The position numbers were made by a program, and so were the translations under genes. The notes beneath the pieces were generated by a model. That model worked only from the letters and a program-made list of their open reading frames with translations, was not told the origin of the DNA and made no database searches. A DNA stretch of 64,000 bases from NCBI GenBank assembly GCA_963664225.1, contig OY760937.1, positions 1,664,001 through 1,728,000 of the forward strand. Reading direction: 5' to 3'. Positions 58,208 through 64,000 of this stretch are shown piece by piece. This DNA is from Verrucomicrobiia bacterium. Lineage in GTDB: Bacteria; Verrucomicrobiota; Verrucomicrobiia; Limisphaerales; UBA1319. The first letter of the stretch is position 1; each line of letters starts with the position of its first letter.

Positions 58208-60559
58208 ATGCGCCTGAATAATCGTTTGCTGGCCGTGTTGTGCTCCACCGTGCTGTTTTCGGTGTGGAGTCTGGCGGCGGAGCCGGAGCCGGTGTTTTTT
58301 GCCACGAAGCTCGATGAGATCGAGGCGGCCATTGTCTCGACCATCAAGGAGGGGGAAACGCCCGGCGCGGTTTTCTGGCTGGAACGCAACGGAACGAGTT
58401 TTCACCATGCCTACGGGGAGCGGGCGATTGTGCCGGAGCGGGAGTTTAATTCCGAGGATACGATTTACGATGCGGCCTCCCTGACGAAGTCCCTGGCAAC
58501 GGCCCCGGCAATACTGCTTTTGATCGAGCGCGGCCAGTTGCAGTTGGACGCGCCGGTGAGCCGGTATCTGACGAACTTCACGGGCGGGGGCAAGGAGGCG
58601 ATCACCGTGCGCCATTTGCTGACCCACACTTCAGGGTTGCGACCCGGCATCGGCAATGAGCCGCCGTGGACGGGTGTGGAGAGCGCGATGCAACTGGCCT
58701 GCGCGGAACAGGTGACGGCCCCACCGGGAACCATTTTTCGCTACAGCGACATCAATTTCATCGTGCTGGGGGAAATGGTGCGGGTGGTGAGCGGTCACCG
58801 ATTGGATGAGTTTTGCGCTCAGGAAATTTATGGGCCCCTGAAGATGAAGGATACCGGGTTTCTGCCTTCGACGAATCGGCTCGCGCGCATCGCCCCCACG
58901 GAGCTGGTGGAAGGCCGGATGCTGCGGGGCGTGGTGCATGATCCCACGTCCCGGCGCATGGGCGGCGTGGCCGGACACGCGGGGCTGTTCACGACCGCGG
59001 CGGACATGGCCCGTTACGTCCGGATGCTTTTGAACGAGGGCAGTCTGGAGGGCGTGCAAGTCTTCAAGCCGGAAACGGTGCGGTTGATGACTTCGGTGCA
59101 GTCGCCTGCGGCCGTCGAGAGTCGGCGTGGTTTGGGTTTGGACATCGATTCGGGTTACAGCCGTCCGCGCGGCCGGTTGTACCCGATTGGCTCTTTTGGC
59201 CACACCGGTTGGACCGGCACCTGCCTCTGGATCGATCCGTTTTCCAAGACCTTCTGGATCTTCCTCTCGAACCGGGTGCATCCCAAGGGCGAAGGCAATG
59301 TTCTGGATCTCGAAGGCCGGCTGGGAACGCTGACGGCCGAGGCGGTGATCGGTTTCAATTTCGCGTATGTGCCCGGAGCGTTGGCCGCGCGGACAACGTC
59401 GGTTTCCACGGCACAGGCGCCGCTGGTCACGCGGCAGGTCCTCAATGGCATCGATGTTCTGGAGAAGCAGAATTTTGCGCCCCTCAAGGGACTGCGCATC
59501 GGCTTGATCGCCAATCACACGGCGGTGGACCGTCAGCACCGTTCGACCATCGACCTGCTCAAGGCGTCCACGAATCTGACTCTGAAGGTGTTGTTCAGTC
59601 CGGAGCATGGGATTCGCGGGGAGCACGATGAAAAGATCGGAGACAGCGTGGATGAAAAGACGGGGCTGCCGGTTTACAGCCTTTACGGGGAACATCGCCA
59701 GCCCCTGCCGGAACAATTGAAGGACCTGGACGCGCTGGTGTTCGAGATCCAGGACATTGGCTGCCGGTTTTACACCTATATTTCCACGTTGGGCCTGTGC
59801 ATGGAGGCGGCCGGGCAGGCGCATCTGAAATTCTTCGTGCTCGATCGCGTCAATCCAATCGATGGACTGGACATCGACGGACCGGTGTGGAACGGGGCGC
59901 GTTCGTTCACGGCGTTTCACAAGATACCCGTGCGGCACGGGATGACAGTGGGCGAACTGGCCCGGATGTATAACGCGGAATGCGATTTCAAGGCCGATCT
60001 GCAGGTGATTCCCGTGGAAGGCTGGAAACGGGAGTTCTGGTTCGATCAGACGATGCTGCCGTGGATCAATCCCTCGCCGAACATGCGCAGTCTGCCTGCG
60101 GCGATTCTCTATCCGGGCGTCTGTCTGCTGGAGGCCGCGGAGCTTTCCATGGGCCGGGGAACGGACAGGCCGTTTGAAATGATCGGCGCGCCGTATATCA
60201 ATGATGTGACACTGTCAGCGGAGTTGAACCGCGCGGGACTGCCGGGAGTGCGGTTTGTGCCGGTGCGTTTCACCCCAACCGCGAGTGTGTTCAAGGACAA
60301 GCCGTGCGGCGGGGTCTCGATTTTGCTGACGGATCGGGAGACGTGCCCCGTGCTCGATCTGGGTCTGGTGTTGGCGCGTACGCTGCACCGGCTCTATCCA
60401 AAGGATTTTACTCTGGAAAGAATGAACAACCTCCTGGGCGACACGCAAACCCTTGAGATGATCAAATCGGGCAAGTCCAACGCAGAAATCAAAGCCGCAT
60501 GGAAAAGCCCTCTCGACGATTTTAAAAAGCGACGCGCCGCGTTCTTGATTTATAAGTAG
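58208..60559 (+). CDS. Serine hydrolase (AmiE/beta-lactamase-like) fused to DUF1343 NamZ-like exo-beta-N-acetylmuramidase
   Basis: SLTK, LLTHTSG, YSD, GHTGWTG; then FSPEHG, QDIG.RFYTY, PSPN. Confidence 0.9.
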   Translation: MRLNNRLLAVLCSTVLFSVWSLAAEPEPVFFATKLDEIEAAIVSTIKEGETPGAVFWLERNGTSFHHAYGERAIVPEREFNSEDTIYDAASLTKSLATAPAILLLIERGQLQLDAPVSRYLTNFTGGGKEAITVRHLLTHTSGLRPGIGNEPPWTGVESAMQLACAEQVTAPPGTIFRYSDINFIVLGEMVRVVSGHRLDEFCAQEIYGPLKMKDTGFLPSTNRLARIAPTELVEGRMLRGVVHDPTSRRMGGVAGHAGLFTTAADMARYVRMLLNEGSLEGVQVFKPETVRLMTSVQSPAAVESRRGLGLDIDSGYSRPRGRLYPIGSFGHTGWTGTCLWIDPFSKTFWIFLSNRVHPKGEGNVLDLEGRLGTLTAEAVIGFNFAYVPGALAARTTSVSTAQAPLVTRQVLNGIDVLEKQNFAPLKGLRIGLIANHTAVDRQHRSTIDLLKASTNLTLKVLFSPEHGIRGEHDEKIGDSVDEKTGLPVYSLYGEHRQPLPEQLKDLDALVFEIQDIGCRFYTYISTLGLCMEAAGQAHLKFFVLDRVNPIDGLDIDGPVWNGARSFTAFHKIPVRHGMTVGELARMYNAECDFKADLQVIPVEGWKREFWFDQTMLPWINPSPNMRSLPAAILYPGVCLLEAAELSMGRGTDRPFEMIGAPYINDVTLSAELNRAGLPGVRFVPVRFTPTASVFKDKPCGGVSILLTDRETCPVLDLGLVLARTLHRLYPKDFTLERMNNLLGDTQTLEMIKSGKSNAEIKAAWKSPLDDFKKRRAAFLIYK

Positions 60560-60621
60560 GGATGGTCCTTGGTCGGAAAAAGGGGGCAGGAGGGCGGCGG
60601 ACGGAAGTCCGAGCATCAATA

Positions 60622-62480
60622 CGCACTTTACCCCGCTTAAAAACAAGAAATCTCCAATAGAATCAAGGGTGTGGAGCTCATTTTGAATTTCAACAAAATG
60701 GCTACAGCTTGATTCCGAGCAGATTCAGGATTTCCTGCTGCTGTTCGTTGGGCTGAGAGATTTGCTCAAAGTGCACGCCGCCCACGCTGACTTGTTGTTT
60801 GCGGATGCCGCGCAAATGCTCAATCACATTTTCCATGGTCCATTGACGTTTCTTTCCTTTGCCATCCTTTTCAAAGAGCGGCTGCAATCGTTGCTTCATG
60901 TGCCAGTAAACGTAATAGGCGAGCATGCATAAAAACACATGGCTGCGGATGCGATCATCCTTTTTGTGATACACCGGCCGAATCTCCAGGGCCACGGTCT
61001 TGAGGGTGCGGAAGGCCTGCTCGACAAAGGTGAGGCTTTTGTAGGTGGCCACCACTTGGGCCGTCTTCATCTGGCTTTCCGTCACGGTGGTGGTAATAAT
61101 GTAACAGCCGTCCAGCAGTTGTTCCTGCCCGATGGCTTCCTGCTTCAAATGGTATTCCAGCCGCCCCTCTTTAACCTCCCAGTGGATGAATTTACCCATT
61201 TTGTATTTTTCCAGCAGCCGCCCCACCTGGGAACCGAGTTTCTCAGGGGTCCTTTTTTTCTTGGGCTCGACGAGCTTGTCCATACCCTGGCGGGTGAGCT
61301 CGAGCAACCGTTGGCGGGTGGCCGTTTCCCGGGCCTGAGTGTCTGGATTGCGGCAGAGACAATAGCGCTGGCCGGGCTTGTCCGGGTCGGTCACCTCGGC
61401 GATCTTCTTTTCGTCGAACAATTCGAGTTGGATGACTTTGCGCTCCAGCAGTTCGAACATCTGCCGATGGGTCAGCGCGCTGAGCGTGTGCAGGCCCTGG
61501 ACCTTTTCAAGCTTCTGCGCGTTGGCCTGGGTGATCATGCCCCGGTCGCCCACGAAGGTCACCTCGCTCAAACCGTATTCACGGCGCAGCTCCTGGATTT
61601 TATCGATCACCGTCTGGGCATCCTGCGTGTTGCCCGCAAAGAGTTCGATGCCCACCGGACAGCCCCGCTCGTCGCAGAGCAAACCCAGGACCACCTGCTC
61701 GTGTCCGCTCTTGCAGTCCCGGTTGTAGCCGAAAAGCACGACGTCGCTTTGCTCGTAGGCCCCCTCAAAATAGCTGCTGGTGATGTCGTAGAGCACGACA
61801 TGGCCATTGCGCAGATGTTTTTTGGCCAGGGCTTTTTGAATGGCCTCCTGGCGCTCCAGCAACCGGTCCATCGGCCGGTAGCAGTGGTCTTCAACATCCA
61901 CCTCGCCAGTGACCCCGCAGATCTCCCACAGAGCGCTGTTTTTGGTCTGGTGGGACAGGGCCAGTTTGCTGCCCGCATAAACCACCCGGCCAGCAATCAT
62001 GGCCAGGCAATCCCGGACCCACGGCTCGTTGCGGGAGTAAAGAATGGTGTCCAAACCCAATTGGCGGGCCGTTTCCACAACGGCATGGCTGGCCCCGTAT
62101 TCCCTGGAATCGGTGCATTGGAAGGCGTTGGGATCCTCCTTGGGGACGACCTTGCCCTGAAAGGCGGCCTGGATCAGCTTGAGCTGGTCCAGGGACACGC
62201 CGGTGATGCGCCCGTGCTGGGTGTGTTTGACAGCTTGGGTGTCGGAGTCGCGGTAGGAAGAGCGGATCAGGCCGATGGGATTGGCCCTGTGGCTTTGGAT
62301 TTCGAGGTGGAAACGCTTGCCGGACTTCATAATGGCCACATAATACGTTACGTGCGTTTTATAGTCAAATATAATATCGATATATGTATGGCTACATATG
62401 AACTATTACATTCCCCCTCAATCCCTTGCGTTTAAAGGCGATAAGCCCGATTGGCGGCTAATTTAAGGGGGTAAAGTGCG
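60622..62480 (-). mobile_element. IS1634-family insertion sequence (1859 bp) with 6-bp TSD
   Basis: Terminal IRs CGCACTTTACCCC(G/-)CTTAAA at both ends; direct repeat TCAATA at 60616-60621 and 62481-62486. Confidence 0.92.
60702..62330 (-). CDS. IS1634-family DDE transposase
   Basis: YDITSSYFEG, GYNRD, VGDRGM, VEQAFR.LK...IRP.YH...HVF.C.LAY. Confidence 0.93.
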   Translation of the reverse strand: MKSGKRFHLEIQSHRANPIGLIRSSYRDSDTQAVKHTQHGRITGVSLDQLKLIQAAFQGKVVPKEDPNAFQCTDSREYGASHAVVETARQLGLDTILYSRNEPWVRDCLAMIAGRVVYAGSKLALSHQTKNSALWEICGVTGEVDVEDHCYRPMDRLLERQEAIQKALAKKHLRNGHVVLYDITSSYFEGAYEQSDVVLFGYNRDCKSGHEQVVLGLLCDERGCPVGIELFAGNTQDAQTVIDKIQELRREYGLSEVTFVGDRGMITQANAQKLEKVQGLHTLSALTHRQMFELLERKVIQLELFDEKKIAEVTDPDKPGQRYCLCRNPDTQARETATRQRLLELTRQGMDKLVEPKKKRTPEKLGSQVGRLLEKYKMGKFIHWEVKEGRLEYHLKQEAIGQEQLLDGCYIITTTVTESQMKTAQVVATYKSLTFVEQAFRTLKTVALEIRPVYHKKDDRIRSHVFLCMLAYYVYWHMKQRLQPLFEKDGKGKKRQWTMENVIEHLRGIRKQQVSVGGVHFEQISQPNEQQQEILNLLGIKL

Positions 62481-62579
62481 TCAATAGCCAACATCGAACA
62501 GCCAACGCTCAATATCGATTAACGCCAGGGTTGGCTCGGCGGGAGCATCGCCCTACCCGCAAAGGGGCAAAGGCGGAAA

Positions 62580-63023
62580 TCAGCGTGGAGTCATGGAGGC
62601 GATGGGATTCCAAACGCGGGCGAAGCCAAGGTTCTCAAAATCCCTGACATTGGCTGTGGCAAAATCGGTCACTCCATGGGATTGAAGAGTGCGGGCGAGA
62701 CGCAGGTCGATGATGCGCCGCCGGGCAAAATCCGGACGGGCCGTTTCCTGCCAAATGCCGTCCATGACTTCAGCGTTTTCAACCAGCGCCCATCTGGGAT
62801 GGCGGCGAAAGAGCTGGCATTCCGCAACCGCTTCAACAGCCCCAAGCGGAGGGGAAATGACAGCCGGATTGCGCATGGCCATGTAAAACTCCACCAGCAC
62901 AAGTTCAGCAATCACAACCTGGGAATCGTCCCGCAAACCATCGAGAAAGGCTGCGGCTTCAGAACGCCAGGGAGAATGTGCCACCCGGGCGTAAATCAAA
63001 ATGTTGGTGTCAATGCCTATCAT
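62580..63023 (-). CDS. PIN-domain toxin (VapC-like)
   Basis: IDTNILIYA, E, D..LA, TAN.RDF. Confidence 0.88.
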   Translation of the reverse strand: MIGIDTNILIYARVAHSPWRSEAAAFLDGLRDDSQVVIAELVLVEFYMAMRNPAVISPPLGAVEAVAECQLFRRHPRWALVENAEVMDGIWQETARPDFARRRIIDLRLARTLQSHGVTDFATANVRDFENLGFARVWNPIASMTPR

Positions 63024-63274
63024 GAAAGATGCGGCTCCATATCGGCTCGCACGGCATCACGCAGGGCTTCCGGATCCGTCATCAGGAGCTTTGCCTGAAT
63101 GGGGGGAGGGAACGTCCAACTCTCTCCGGAATCGCCCTTACACTTGGGGTAAGCGCGCGTAATGGCTTCGGCTCCCCGGCGGATGACTTCGGCGATGCTC
63201 CAGTCCTGCTCGCGGGCAACGCGTTGCACATCCCGGTAGAGCGGCTCAGGCAGTTGAATTTGCGTTCTTACCAT
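63020..63274 (-). CDS. RHH/CopG-type antitoxin
   Basis: MVRTQIQL...SIAEVIRR; ATGA overlap with the PIN gene. Confidence 0.82.
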   Translation of the reverse strand: MVRTQIQLPEPLYRDVQRVAREQDWSIAEVIRRGAEAITRAYPKCKGDSGESWTFPPPIQAKLLMTDPEALRDAVRADMEPHLS

Positions 63275-63369
63275 ACATCAAACGTTAAGCGATTAAAGAA
63301 TGATGTCAAATGTGACGTGCAGAGGCTGTTTCCGAGGGAAGGCCCAGGGCTGGCGGTGGATGAACCACT

Positions 63370-63939
63370 TTAGCAGCGTTGGAGAACCGCGTTCCGTTCG
63401 GTTTCATCCAAAATCTTCCATTGGCCGGCAGGCAGGCCGCCGAGGTCGTAGCCGCCGATGTGCACGCGCATGAGGCGCAGCGTGGGATGGCCAATGGCGG
63501 CGGTCATGCGGCGGACCTGGCGATTCTTGCCCTCGCATAGTTCGAGCGCGATCCAGCAATCGGGCACGGATTTGCGAAAGCGCACGGGCGGAATGCGGGG
63601 CGGGATTTCCGGTTGGGGATCGAGGAGCCATGCCCGGCATGGCAAGGTGCGCCGCCCCTGCAACTCAACGCCCGCCTCGAGCTTTTGGAGGCTCGCTGCG
63701 GCTGGAATGCGTTCCACCTGGACCCAATAACGCCGCACATGGCCCTGAACAGGGTTCAAGAGGCGGGCGTTCAATGCCGCTTCGTCGCTGAGCAGGAGCA
63801 GGCCTTCCGAATCCGCATCCAGGCGACCCATCGCATAGACTCCCTTGGGAAAATTAAATTCCTCGAGCGGCCTGTTGGCGGAGCCATCGGACGTGAACTG
63901 GCAAAGGACGCCATAAGGTTTGTGGAATGCAATCAGCAT
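63370..63939 (-). CDS. Pseudouridine synthase (RluE-like)
   Basis: FHKPYGVLCQF, GRLDADSEGLLLL, EGKNRQVRRMTA..G.PTLRL.R. Confidence 0.92.
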   Translation of the reverse strand: MLIAFHKPYGVLCQFTSDGSANRPLEEFNFPKGVYAMGRLDADSEGLLLLSDEAALNARLLNPVQGHVRRYWVQVERIPAAASLQKLEAGVELQGRRTLPCRAWLLDPQPEIPPRIPPVRFRKSVPDCWIALELCEGKNRQVRRMTAAIGHPTLRLMRVHIGGYDLGGLPAGQWKILDETERNAVLQRC

Positions 63940-64000
63940 GTAGCGAAAACCGCCGCGGCCGGATTGGAACCCGACTCGCGGCGGTGCAAGTGTTGTAAAT

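Noticed and set aside
60939..62435. 498-aa ORF antisense to the IS1634 transposase
   Set aside because: Shadow ORF; the opposite strand carries a clear DDE transposase.

Overview
GC-rich bacterial chromosome segment, most likely from a Verrucomicrobiota (Pedosphaera-like) organism. This is inferred from gene content: a kinase-coupled ECF sigma factor, prepilin N-x-x-F-x-DGH proteins, and C-terminal FYR domains. Most of 19-60 kb is ordinary: a compact ECF-led type IV filament/T2SS-like operon, pyrD, GH27, LOG/mtnP, a beta-barrel/OPX/Wzc export trio, murA, hrpA, a sigma54-driven glnK-amtB-glnA operon and an AmiE-NamZ fusion. An IS1634 element and a VapBC pair lie near the end. The unusual part is an accessory island at ~9.4-18.4 kb. 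It holds a nucleotidyltransferase gene pair, co-oriented 9-nt-periodic motifs ending in GGTT, an IS3 element, three tandem ~391-445 bp mosaic repeat units and a decaying integrase-less integron cassette array (CALIN). The first repeat unit is split by a complete group II intron (12534-14500). Its boundaries can be fixed from the two empty sister copies, and it begins with a non-canonical GAAAGCG. All calls are by eye from sequence motifs; no database searches were run.
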